A DNA stretch of 64,000 nt, from positions 48-64,047 of the forward strand of contig CACYLY010000007.1 of assembly GCA_902775355.1 (NCBI GenBank), in the 5' to 3' direction. The number at the start of each line of letters is the position of its first letter. The first letter of the stretch is position 1. The notes under the pieces are model-generated. The model ran no database searches. It was not told the origin of the DNA and saw nothing but the letters and a program-made list of their open reading frames with translations. Position numbers and translations under genes: made by a program. This document shows, piece by piece, positions 24,603-34,863 of the stretch. The stretch is from Oscillospiraceae bacterium (GTDB taxonomy: Bacteria > Bacillota > Clostridia > Oscillospirales > Oscillospiraceae).

Positions 24603-26018
24603 TCAGAAATTGAAGTAGATGAAGGGATTGTGGGATCCCATGGCCAGGTACGACACGCAGAGAACCAGCAGCAGCAGATAGAGCGCCGTCTCCCCCAGGA
24701 TCAGCAGGGGCTTGTCCTCCCGTCCGGCCTGGAGCTTTGCCAGGCCGCGGGATGCCAGGGGCGTGGAGAAGAGGACGCCGGCCGCCAGAAAGACCCAGCT
24801 CTCCCGGAGCAGGAAGCCCGCCAGAGCCGAGGGCGCGGCGGCACGGATGCCAAGCATGGCGCCCAGCTGGGTCAGAGCCCCGGCGAAGGACTCCGCGCCG
24901 AAGAGCACCCAGCCGGCGTTCACGATCAGCAGGGTCAAAAGGGTGTAGAGACCCTTCCCCGCCCGGGTGCGGAGCCTGCCGGGAAGGCCGGAGAGCTTTT
25001 CAAAGGCCACCAGCACGCCGTAGCCCAGGCCCCAGACGATGAACTGCCAGGCGGCCCCGTGCCAGATGCCGGTGAAGAGCCAGACGGCGAAGAGGTTGCG
25101 CAGGAGCTTTGCCCTGCTCACCCGGGAGCCGCCCAGGGGAAAGTAGATGTAATCCCGGAACCAGCGGCCCAGGGAGATGTGCCAGCGCTTCCAGAACTCG
25201 GACACGGAGCGGGAGATGTAGGGATAGTTGAAGTTTTCCTCAAAGCGGAAGCCGAACATCCGCCCCAGGCCGATGGCCATGTCCGAATAGCCGGAGAAGT
25301 CGAAGTAGATCTGCAGGGTATAGCTTATAGAGCCCAGCCAGGCCAGTGCGGTGCTGATCTCCCCCGCCCCGGCCAGGGCGAAGGCCCGCTCCGCCGCGAT
25401 GGAGAGATTGTTGGCCAGCAGGATCTTCTTGGCTAAACCGATGATGAAGCGCTTGACCCCCTGCTGGAAGCCCTCTGCGTCCACGGTCCGCTGCCGGATC
25501 TGCTGAGCTACGGTGTTGTAGCGCACGATGGGGCCGGCGATCAGCTGGGGGAAGAAGGAGATGTAGAGCCCCAGGTCCAGGATGTTCCGCTGGACCTCCG
25601 CCGCGCCGCGGTACACGTCGATGCAGTAGCTCAGTGCCTGGAAGGTGAAAAAGGAGATGCCGATGGGCAGGCTCAGACGCACCGGAGCGATCCGCAGCCC
25701 CAGCAGGGCGTTCAGGTTCTCGATGGTGAAATCCAGGTATTTGAACACGAAAAGGATCCCCAGATCCACCGCCACAGCCAGGACCAGCAGAGCTTTTCTC
25801 CCCCGGCCCTGCTTCGCGTCGATCCCCCGGCCCAGCACATAGTTTGCGCAGATGGAAAAGAGCATCAAAAAGACGTAGACCGGCTCCCCCCAGGCATAGA
25901 AAAACAGGCTCGCCGCCAGCAAAAGCAGGTTGCGCGCCCTCTGCCCCCGCAGCAGGAAGTGCCCGAGCAGCACCGCCGGGAGGAAGATGAAGAGAAAGAC
26001 AGAGCTTGAAAACAGCAT
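24603..26018 (-). CDS. MBOAT-family membrane O-acyltransferase (AlgI/DltB/PatA-like)
   Basis: Polytopic, 471 aa. AlgI-like N-terminus MLFSSSVFLFIFLP and conserved WKRWHISLGRWFRDYIYFPLGG histidine region. Confidence 0.85.
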   Translation of the reverse strand: MLFSSSVFLFIFLPAVLLGHFLLRGQRARNLLLLAASLFFYAWGEPVYVFLMLFSICANYVLGRGIDAKQGRGRKALLVLAVAVDLGILFVFKYLDFTIENLNALLGLRIAPVRLSLPIGISFFTFQALSYCIDVYRGAAEVQRNILDLGLYISFFPQLIAGPIVRYNTVAQQIRQRTVDAEGFQQGVKRFIIGLAKKILLANNLSIAAERAFALAGAGEISTALAWLGSISYTLQIYFDFSGYSDMAIGLGRMFGFRFEENFNYPYISRSVSEFWKRWHISLGRWFRDYIYFPLGGSRVSRAKLLRNLFAVWLFTGIWHGAAWQFIVWGLGYGVLVAFEKLSGLPGRLRTRAGKGLYTLLTLLIVNAGWVLFGAESFAGALTQLGAMLGIRAAAPSALAGFLLRESWVFLAAGVLFSTPLASRGLAKLQAGREDKPLLILGETALYLLLLVLCVSYLAMGSHNPFIYFNF

Positions 26019-26051
26019 CGGTCAAACGATCCTTTTCCAAAATTCTGATAT

Positions 26052-26080
26052 ATTATAGCAAGTTTCCCTCCTGCTGTAAA
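26052..26080 (-). promoter_or_regulatory. sigma-A type promoter of the MBOAT/DHHW operon
   Basis: Minus strand TTTACA (26080-26075), 17-nt spacer, TATAAT (26057-26052). Confidence 0.5.
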
Positions 26081-26083
26081 GCG

Positions 26084-26118
26084 CAAAACGGCTCCGCGGC
26101 ACGAATGCCGCAGAGCCG
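26084..26118 (-). terminator. intrinsic terminator after the TrxR-like gene
   Basis: Minus strand CGGCTCTGCGGCA-ttc-GTGCCGCGGAGCCG followed by TTTTG. Confidence 0.6.
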
Positions 26119-26134
26119 CTGATATGCGGAGGCT

Positions 26135-26953
26135 TTACTTTTTCAGCCCCGCGATATAGTCCACCGCCGAGAGGGCGGCCACGTTGCCCTCACCCACGGC
26201 CTTGGCCAGCTGGAAGGGCTTGCCGGTGCAGTCCCCCGCGGCAAAGACCCCGGGGACGCTGGTGGCCATGCGCCGGTCCACGGCCACGGCCCCATTTTCA
26301 TACACGAGGCCAGGCACCAGCTTGGTAACGGAGACCGTGTCCTTGATGATGAAGATCCCGTCCACCTTGTGCTCCTGGCCGGCAAACACCAGGGTGTCCG
26401 CCTTGATGCCGCCGCGGATCTCGTACTTCCCGTTCTGCTCGAAGCGCAGCACCCTGCAGCCGATGCCCTCCAAAAAATCCGCGTCGTGCCGGGCCTCCTC
26501 GCCGGAACCCACCACGGCCACGGTCTTGCCCCGGTAGAGCATCCCGTCGCAGGTGGCGCAGTAGCTCACGCCCATGCCCAGGTACTCCCCCTCGCCGGGA
26601 TAGAGCTTCTCCCGGGTGATGCCCGCCGCCAGGATCAGCGCCGTGCACATATAGTACTCGCTGCCCACGGCCACGCCGAAGCTCGTCCCCATAGGCATGA
26701 CGGACAGCGCCCGCCCGGTAATGATCTTCGCGCCGCTCTCCTCCAGCTGGCGGCGGAACAGCGCCGTCAGCTCCGCCCCGCTCATGGGCGGCAGGCCCGG
26801 GTAATTGGTGACCCACTCCGCCTTGTAGAGGCTGGAGGTCTCCGCCCGGTTGCACACCGCGGCCACGGTCTTGCCCCGGTTCTTGAGCGTCATCACGGCT
26901 GAAGCCGCCGCGGCGCCGCCGCCGATCACGATCACGTCAAACATGGTGTCCAT
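26135..26953 (-). CDS. short (272-aa) thioredoxin-reductase-like flavoprotein with CATC redox centre
   Basis: VIVIGGGAAAASA FAD motif, VSYCATCDG active site, GVFAAGDC. The second dinucleotide motif is degenerate (VVGSGEEARHDA) and no HRR motif is present. Confidence 0.7.
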   Translation of the reverse strand: MDTMFDVIVIGGGAAAASAVMTLKNRGKTVAAVCNRAETSSLYKAEWVTNYPGLPPMSGAELTALFRRQLEESGAKIITGRALSVMPMGTSFGVAVGSEYYMCTALILAAGITREKLYPGEGEYLGMGVSYCATCDGMLYRGKTVAVVGSGEEARHDADFLEGIGCRVLRFEQNGKYEIRGGIKADTLVFAGQEHKVDGIFIIKDTVSVTKLVPGLVYENGAVAVDRRMATSVPGVFAAGDCTGKPFQLAKAVGEGNVAALSAVDYIAGLKK

Positions 26954-27057
26954 ATCTTTTTCCTTTCTCGCAGCACGGAAGCATTCTCTCCCTCGGCGCT
27001 TTTTCGCGTACGGGGTATGGAAACGCCCCGGTCAATGCCGCCGGGGCACTTTGCCGT

Positions 27058-27618
27058 TCACTTTTCGATCCGGAAGCGGGCGATGAGGTTTTCCACGCTG
27101 TTGTCCATCAGGGTCAAGATCCGCTCGGTGGTGATTTCCGGCGGCAGCTGCATGCCCAGGTCCATCCACTGGGCGATGAAGCCGATGGCGCACTTGGCGT
27201 AAAACTTCACCACGAACTCAAAGTCCTGCCGGTCGATATTCTGCCCCTGGGAGACGATGACGGCGAAGCTGCGGATGCAGGACTCCATCTTCCCCTCCAG
27301 ATAGCGCAGCATATACAGCCGGCTGTTGGAGTTGTACACATTCAGGGTAAAGGCGCTGTTCTCCTTCAGGTACTCCATGAAGACCATCACGTCTTCCCGC
27401 CAACGCTCATACACCACTTTGTGGGGCAGCACCCGGTTGGCGTCCTCCTCAAAGACCCACTCCAGCAGGTCGTACACATCGTCGAAGTGGTAGTAGAAGG
27501 TCTGCCGGTTCACGCCGCAGATCTCCACCAGATCCTTCACGGTGATTTTTCCGATGGGCTTTACATTCATCATCTGCTTCAGCGCCGCAGCCAGGGATTC
27601 CTTCGTCGTCGTGGACAT
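27058..27618 (-). CDS. TetR/AcrR-family transcriptional regulator (DhaS-like)
   Basis: HTH region ITVKDLVEICGVNRQTFYYHFDDVYDLLEW. Start MSTTTKE at 27618 has a GGAGG RBS. Confidence 0.75.
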   Translation of the reverse strand: MSTTTKESLAAALKQMMNVKPIGKITVKDLVEICGVNRQTFYYHFDDVYDLLEWVFEEDANRVLPHKVVYERWREDVMVFMEYLKENSAFTLNVYNSNSRLYMLRYLEGKMESCIRSFAVIVSQGQNIDRQDFEFVVKFYAKCAIGFIAQWMDLGMQLPPEITTERILTLMDNSVENLIARFRIEK

Positions 27619-27779
27619 AGGACAGACTCCTCCGTTTCTCTTTACATTTTTTATGATTATAGCATTATTATCCCCCGAATGCAAAGGGTTTTTCCCGGAA
27701 AAGGCTTTTTTCGGCAAAACCGCTTGCAAAGCGGCTCCCGCTCGGGTAAAATAGAGAAAAACGGAGGGAGGGACCCGGA

Positions 27780-28556
27780 ATGCGAAGCTGTGCGATTTGC
27801 GGCGCGCCTGTGGAAAGAGGCGATACCGTCTGCGCCCACTGCGGCTGCCCGCTGCCGGAGGAGGAACGGCGCGGCGGCCGGGACAGGGGGCTGAAGATCG
27901 CCATCGCGGCGGTAGCCTTTCTGTGGCTGCTCACCGCGGGACTCTGGATGCTCTGGCCCCGTCTCTCCCAGGCCGCGCCGGACCGGGAGCAGGCCAAGGG
28001 CGCTCTCTCCGGCGGGCTCGCTCCGTCGCCCATCGTCAGCGCCGAGCCTACGCCCGAGCCCACGCCCGAGCCGACCCCCGAGCCCACCGTGGAGGCGGCG
28101 CCCTCGCTGCCGCCCAGCCCGGCCGCGGCTCCCTCTTCCGCGCCGGAGCCCGACTCCCCCAAGACTGTGGAAAAGCTGGAGCTCTTCAGCTGGTGGTGGG
28201 GCTATCTGTTCCTGAACGATTTTCAGGGCGAAAACCCCGTGGGCAAGGACGTGGTCCAGGTCTGGGGCTATATCGGCTACACGACCGACCAGCGGGCCTT
28301 CTTTGAGATCTACGACCAGCGGGACGTGAACGACGACACCATTCCCCTGATCTCCTTCTACGCCGAACTGTACGACGATCACCTTGTGCCGGTCATCGGC
28401 AGCCGGGACGCCTGGGTGCTGGATCGCTTCCTGGATCAGAGCGACGTAGAGCCGCTGACCCTGTATCTGCGGGAGGGGAACCTGAAGCTGAGCTATCACT
28501 ATGAGGCGGAGGGCCAGTCCTGCGATCTCTTCTGCATGCTGGTGCCGGAGGACTGA
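27780..28556 (+). CDS. zinc-ribbon / single-TM / (EPTP)n-linker protein with unknown extracytoplasmic domain
   Basis: CAICGAP..CAHCGCP zinc ribbon, TM segment IAIAAVAFLWLLTAGLWMLW, EPTPEPTPEPTPEPT linker (about 28043-28090). Confidence 0.6.
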   Translation: MRSCAICGAPVERGDTVCAHCGCPLPEEERRGGRDRGLKIAIAAVAFLWLLTAGLWMLWPRLSQAAPDREQAKGALSGGLAPSPIVSAEPTPEPTPEPTPEPTVEAAPSLPPSPAAAPSSAPEPDSPKTVEKLELFSWWWGYLFLNDFQGENPVGKDVVQVWGYIGYTTDQRAFFEIYDQRDVNDDTIPLISFYAELYDDHLVPVIGSRDAWVLDRFLDQSDVEPLTLYLREGNLKLSYHYEAEGQSCDLFCMLVPED

Positions 28557-28583
28557 AAAGTTTTTAAAAAGCGAAAAAAAGTC

Positions 28584-28612
28584 TTGAATTGCCGGGATGC
28601 TTGTGTTATACT
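28584..28612 (+). promoter_or_regulatory. sigma-A type promoter of secG
   Basis: TTGAAT (28584-28589), 17-nt spacer, TGtTATACT (28604-28612). Confidence 0.5.
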
Positions 28613-28657
28613 CGCAAGGCTGATAAAATTTGTATATCGTCGAAAGGATTGAAATAC

Positions 28658-28996
28658 ATGAGCTTATTCTTCACCATTCTTCAGGTTCTGGCCGGTCTGG
28701 CCGTCACCGCCATCGTGCTGATGCAGAGCGGCAAGAGCGCCGGTCTGTCCGGTACCATTTCCGGCGGCGCCGAGACCTTTATGTCCAAGGGCAAAGCCAA
28801 GTCCTGGGACGCCAAGCTCGCCAAGATGACCAAGTGGTTCGCCCTTGGCTTCGTGGTGCTGACCCTGGTGCTGAACCTGATGGCCAAGTCCGGCGTGGGT
28901 GCGGAGGAAGTTGCCGCCGAGGATCCCGCCGCCGCCACCGAGACTGTGGACGACGCCGAAGGCCAGGACCAGGCCGAGACTGAGCCCGCCGCCTGA
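28658..28996 (+). CDS. secG: preprotein translocase subunit SecG with acidic C-terminal extension
   Basis: MSLFFTILQVLAGLAVTAIVLMQSGKSAGLSG..G is typical SecG. About 35 additional acidic residues at the C-terminus. Confidence 0.8.
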   Translation: MSLFFTILQVLAGLAVTAIVLMQSGKSAGLSGTISGGAETFMSKGKAKSWDAKLAKMTKWFALGFVVLTLVLNLMAKSGVGAEEVAAEDPAAATETVDDAEGQDQAETEPAA

Positions 28997-29018
28997 AGCC
29001 ATTCCTCTCGCGATCAGC

Positions 29019-29051
29019 AAAACCGGATGCGTTTTCGCATCCGGTTTTTTC
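29019..29051 (+). terminator. intrinsic terminator of secG
   Basis: AAAACCGGATGCG-tttt-CGCATCCGGTTTTTT. Confidence 0.8.
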
Positions 29052-29108
29052 TTTGCCCGCTCGTCTCATACGATCAAACCCAGGCCAAACACCCAGCCTC
29101 TAACCCCC

Positions 29109-29157
29109 TACGAACTACGAACTACGAACTCCTAACTCCTAACCCCTCACTAACCAC
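29109..29157. repeat. heptamer tandem array (TACGAAC x3, TCCTAAC x2, then degenerate units)
   Basis: Read directly: 7-nt period with a conserved T...AAC frame, in an intergenic region. Confidence 0.8.
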
Positions 29158-29165
29158 TCATTACG

Positions 29166-29204
29166 AAAAAGCAGCGAGAAAACCACGTTTCCTCGCTGCT
29201 TTTT
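29166..29204. terminator. bidirectional terminator downstream of the ArsC-family gene
   Basis: AAAAA-GCAGCGAG...CTCGCTGC-TTTTT. Confidence 0.65.
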
Positions 29205-29207
29205 GCG

Positions 29208-29540
29208 TTATTCCCAGGTTTTCCAGACCTCGGGGCAGTAGCCCACGGTGGCCTGTCTGCCGTTTCGCACCACGGGGCTGCGGATCAGCTCCGGGATCTC
29301 GAAGAGCTTTTCCATCCTGGCCTCGTCGGAGGCCAGGTACTGGAAAAGCGGATAGTCCTGATCGTCCTTGTTCACCAGATTCTCCAGGCCCACGGCGTTT
29401 TTCACCGCGTTCAGCTCTCCCCTGCTCATGCCGTAGCGCAGCAGGTCGATATACTGATATTTGATCCGGCGCTCCTTGAACCAGCGCTCGGCCTTCTTTG
29501 TATCGAAGCATTTGCTCTTGCCAAAAATCTGGATATTCAT
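29208..29540 (-). CDS. ArsC/Spx/YffB-family thioredoxin-fold protein
   Basis: MNIQIFGKSKCFDTKKAERWFKERRIKYQYIDL is a typical N-terminus for this family; 110 aa. Confidence 0.7.
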   Translation of the reverse strand: MNIQIFGKSKCFDTKKAERWFKERRIKYQYIDLLRYGMSRGELNAVKNAVGLENLVNKDDQDYPLFQYLASDEARMEKLFEIPELIRSPVVRNGRQATVGYCPEVWKTWE

Positions 29541-29550
29541 GTCTCTGTCC

Positions 29551-31212
<1,662 letters not shown>

Positions 31213-31288
31213 TATAACTCCAATCTAAATTGCTGTTGCTATGTAAAAGATGAGATACGAAAGCATACCCGCAATCGGGCCGCTTTAT

Positions 31289-31888
31289 TCACATCTCGGT
31301 GCGGCCTTCCAGGGCCCGGTTCAGGGTGGCGTCGTCCGCGAACTCCAGGTTGGAGCCCACGGGGATGCCGTAGGCCAGCCGCGTCACCTTCACAGAGAAG
31401 GGTTTGAGCAGGCGGGAGATGTACATGGCCGTGGCCTCCCCCTCGGTGTCGGGGTTGGTGGCCATGATGACCTCCTCCACGTCCTCCTCCGCCACGCGCT
31501 TGATCAGCTCCTTGATGCGGATATCCTCCGGTCCCACGTGGCTCATGGGCGAGAGGGCCCCATGGAGCACGTGATAGCTGCCGTTGTATTCGTGGCCGCG
31601 CTCGATGCTCAGCACGTCCCTGGGCTCGGACACCACGCAGATGGTGCTGTGATCCCGCCTGTCGCTGGCGCAGATGGGGCAGATATCCCCCTCCGTCAGG
31701 TTCTGGCAGATGCGGCAGCAGTGGACGGTCCTGCGGGCCGCGGTGATGGCGTCGGCAAAGGCCAGAGCCTCGCTCTCCGGCAGGGAAAGCACGTGAAAGG
31801 CCAGGCGCTGGGCGCTCTTGCGGCCGATGCCGGGCAGAGCGGCAAATTGATCGATCAAGGTTTCCAAAGTGGCAGGAAAGAAAGACAT
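31289..31888 (-). CDS. recR: recombination protein RecR
   Basis: LPGIGRKSAQRLAFHVL helix-hairpin-helix, CRICQNLTEGDICPIC zinc finger, Toprim domain. Confidence 0.9.
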   Translation of the reverse strand: MSFFPATLETLIDQFAALPGIGRKSAQRLAFHVLSLPESEALAFADAITAARRTVHCCRICQNLTEGDICPICASDRRDHSTICVVSEPRDVLSIERGHEYNGSYHVLHGALSPMSHVGPEDIRIKELIKRVAEEDVEEVIMATNPDTEGEATAMYISRLLKPFSVKVTRLAYGIPVGSNLEFADDATLNRALEGRTEM

Positions 31889-31905
31889 ATCGGTCCTCCT
31901 AAAGC

Positions 31906-32562
31906 TTATTCGCCCCGAATGGCGCGGATGGCGGCCGCCCGGTCGGCCAGGCCGAACACGGCGCTGCCGGCCACCAGCACGTCTGCCCCGGCTTCGATGC
32001 AGAGGGGGGCGGTTTCCGCGTCCACGCCGCCGTCCACCTCCAGTTCGCAGGCCAGGCCCCGCTCTTCGATCCAGCCCCGGAGGGTGCGGATCTTGGGCAG
32101 CATATCCGCCATGAAGCGCTGGCCGCCGAAGCCCGGCTCCACGGTCATCACCAGCACCAGATCCACCGAATCCAGCCAGGGCAGGGCCGCCTCGGCAGGG
32201 GTGCCCGGCTTGAGGGTGATGCCGGTCTTCACACCCTTCGCCCGGATCTTCTCCAGAGCGGCGCTGATATTCTCGGCGCTGTCAGCCTCCACGTGGACGT
32301 TCACCAGGTCCGCGCCGGCCTTGCAGAACTGCTCCACATAGCGGACGGGCCGGTCCACCATCAGGTGCGCGTCCAGGAACATATCCGTCGCCTTTCGCAG
32401 AGAGGCAAGCACCGGGACGCCCATGGAGATATTGGGAACAAAAGCGCCGTCCATCACGTCAAAATGGACATAATCCGCACCGCCTGCGCGGATCTCTTCC
32501 ACTTCCCGGCCCAGGCGGGCCAGGTCCGCGGCCAGGATCGAGGGAGCGACTTTGATCATCAT
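31906..32562 (-). CDS. rpe: ribulose-phosphate 3-epimerase
   Basis: MMIKVAPSILAADLARLG, HFDVMDGAFVPN, VMTVEPGFGGQ. AGGAGG RBS before the ATG at 32562. Confidence 0.9.
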   Translation of the reverse strand: MMIKVAPSILAADLARLGREVEEIRAGGADYVHFDVMDGAFVPNISMGVPVLASLRKATDMFLDAHLMVDRPVRYVEQFCKAGADLVNVHVEADSAENISAALEKIRAKGVKTGITLKPGTPAEAALPWLDSVDLVLVMTVEPGFGGQRFMADMLPKIRTLRGWIEERGLACELEVDGGVDAETAPLCIEAGADVLVAGSAVFGLADRAAAIRAIRGE

Positions 32563-32700
32563 CCATGCCTCCTTTATGAGATGCGGTACGCCGCGCCGCT
32601 TTGGCGACATGTTATTATACACCATCTCACAATTAAATTGCAATACTCTTGACGATAAGAACATTTCGAGCTAAAATAGTATGATAAAACTTGGAGGAGT

Positions 32701-33609
32701 ATGACCATGGCGAGAAGCAGAAAGCCCCGTGCCGGCGTCCGGCCGATTTATACCTTTGCCCTGTCCTGGCTGTTTTTGTCTGCCTTTATGCCCATGTTCC
32801 GCCCAGCGACCTTTCTGCTGAGTCTGGGCCTCTGCGGTCTTGTTTCCTATTTCATGGGCCGCAGCAGCGCGAAGAAGGAGCAGCAGAAGGCGGAGGAGGC
32901 GCTGCGCAAGGCCCGGGTGGAAGCCGCCCAGGTCAAGCCCCAGTACACTTCGCAGCGTACCGGCCAGCAGGCCGGGCCTCAGTACACCTCGGATCGGGTC
33001 ACCCAGCAGTCCAAGCCCCAGAAGAAGAGCTACGGGCCGGAGATCGACCCCATCGTGGAGGAGGGCAACCGGGCGCTCAGCGAGATGGGCCGGCTCTACA
33101 TGTCCATCAAGGACAATGACGTGAAGCTCAAGATCAACGAGCTGATGCGCGTGACGGACAAGATCACCCAGGACGCCATTGCCGACCCCTCGGACATCCC
33201 GCAGATCAAGAAGTTCATGAACTACTATCTGCCCACCACCATCAAGCTTCTCAACGCCTACGACCGCATGAGCTCCCAGGGCATCGAGGGGGAGAATCTG
33301 GACAAGACCATGAAGAGCATCAACGACATGCTGGACGACGCCATCGCCGCCTACAAGAAGATGCTGGACTCTCTCTTTGCCAACCAGGCTCTGGATATCG
33401 AGACCGATATCGCCGTGATGAACACCATGCTGGCCCGGGAGGGCCTCACCGGCGGCAAGGACTTTGACATCAAGCCTGTGGAAGCTCCCGCCGGGAAGCC
33501 CGAGGAGAAGCCCGCCGAGGGTCAGGTCGCCGCAGCCCAGGGCGGCGGAAACAGCGCTGCCGAGGGCGGCGTCGCCGTAGGCTCCACCGGGATCACCCTC
33601 CATCTCTGA
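32701..33609 (+). CDS. XpaC-like (5-bromo-4-chloroindolyl phosphate hydrolysis protein family) membrane protein
   Basis: Two N-terminal TM segments and a helical domain with IPQIKKFMNYYLPTTIKLLNAYDRM. Located upstream of a TelA/YaaN-like gene, as in Bacillus. Family call from recollection. Confidence 0.55.
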   Translation: MTMARSRKPRAGVRPIYTFALSWLFLSAFMPMFRPATFLLSLGLCGLVSYFMGRSSAKKEQQKAEEALRKARVEAAQVKPQYTSQRTGQQAGPQYTSDRVTQQSKPQKKSYGPEIDPIVEEGNRALSEMGRLYMSIKDNDVKLKINELMRVTDKITQDAIADPSDIPQIKKFMNYYLPTTIKLLNAYDRMSSQGIEGENLDKTMKSINDMLDDAIAAYKKMLDSLFANQALDIETDIAVMNTMLAREGLTGGKDFDIKPVEAPAGKPEEKPAEGQVAAAQGGGNSAAEGGVAVGSTGITLHL

Positions 33610-33676
33610 TCCCCCTTATCCCTGTTCGAAAACCGTTTGCCATACCAAGAATCTGTAACAGAAAGGAACATGCGAC

Positions 33677-34831
33677 ATGAGTGAAGAAAGCAAGATCCCC
33701 TTCCTGACCCTGGATCCCAACGCCGCTGCAGCCGCGGTGCAGGAAGCCCCCGCCGAAGAGGAAGAGAAGAAGGAAGAGCAGGCCCCCGTTGAGAAGCTGG
33801 ATCTCAGCAGCCTCTCCGAGGCGGAGCAGGCCGCTGTCCGCGAGTTCTCCGAGAAGATCGACGTGATGAACAGCGAGCAGATCATGAACTACGGCGGCAG
33901 CGCCCAGAAGAACATCTCCGAGTTCTCCGACGCCGCTCTGGCCACCGTCCGCACCAAGGACCTGGGCGAGGTCGGCGGTATGCTGGGCGATCTGGTGGTG
34001 GAGCTGAAGGGTCTGAATTTCGACGCGGACGAAAAGAAGGGTTTCCTGGGTCTGTTCAAGAAGAGCCAGCAGAGCCTGGCCGCCCTCAAGGCCCAGTATG
34101 ACAAGGCCGAGGTCAATGTGGACAAGATCGTGGAAGCGCTCCAGCGGCACGAGGTCGTTCTGCTCAAAGACATCACCATGATGGACAAGATGTACGACCG
34201 GAACGAGGAGTACATGAAGGAGCTGACCATGTATATCCTGGCCGGCAAGCTGAAGATCGAGCATCTGCGCAATGTGGAGCTGCCCGAGCTTGTGAAGAAG
34301 GCCAACGATTCGGGCCTGCCCGAGGATGCCCAGGCTGCCAACGACTTTGCCAACATGATCGGCCGCTTTGAGAAGAAGATCTATGATCTGGAGCTGACCC
34401 GCATGATCTCCGTGCAGATGGCCCCCCAGATCCGCATGGTCCAGAACAACGACAGCTTGATGGTGGAGAAGATCCGCACCTCCATCGTCAACACCATTCC
34501 CCTGTGGAAGAACCAGATGGTCATGGCCATGTCCCTGTACCACTCCGAGCAGGCCATGAAGGCCCAGCGGGAGGTCACCGACGTGACCAACGCCCTGCTC
34601 CAGAAGAACGCCCAGACCCTGCACCAGGGCAGCGTCGCCATCGCCAAGGAGTCCGAGCGGGGCATCGTGGACATGGAGACCCTGCGCAAGACCAACGAGG
34701 AGCTGATCGCCACCCTGAACGAGGTCCGCGACATTCAGGATCAGGGCCGCGCCGCCCGCGCCGCCGCCGAGGAGGAGCTGGGCCGCATCGAGGGCGCTCT
34801 GCGCCAGAAGCTGCTGGAGATGAAGGGCTGA
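33677..34831 (+). CDS. TelA/YaaN-family toxic anion resistance protein
   Basis: All-helical, 384 aa, with GGSAQKNISEFSD...VRTKDLGEVG typical of TelA. Confidence 0.75.
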   Translation: MSEESKIPFLTLDPNAAAAAVQEAPAEEEEKKEEQAPVEKLDLSSLSEAEQAAVREFSEKIDVMNSEQIMNYGGSAQKNISEFSDAALATVRTKDLGEVGGMLGDLVVELKGLNFDADEKKGFLGLFKKSQQSLAALKAQYDKAEVNVDKIVEALQRHEVVLLKDITMMDKMYDRNEEYMKELTMYILAGKLKIEHLRNVELPELVKKANDSGLPEDAQAANDFANMIGRFEKKIYDLELTRMISVQMAPQIRMVQNNDSLMVEKIRTSIVNTIPLWKNQMVMAMSLYHSEQAMKAQREVTDVTNALLQKNAQTLHQGSVAIAKESERGIVDMETLRKTNEELIATLNEVRDIQDQGRAARAAAEEELGRIEGALRQKLLEMKG

Positions 34832-34863
34832 GTCCCCCTCTCCCGCGCTCTTAGGAGAATGCC

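Noticed and set aside
28630-29069. Several overlapping 85-135-aa ORFs around secG on both strands
   Set aside because: Only the frame starting at ATG 28658 gives the SecG signature. The others are Arg/Gly-rich out-of-frame or antisense artefacts.
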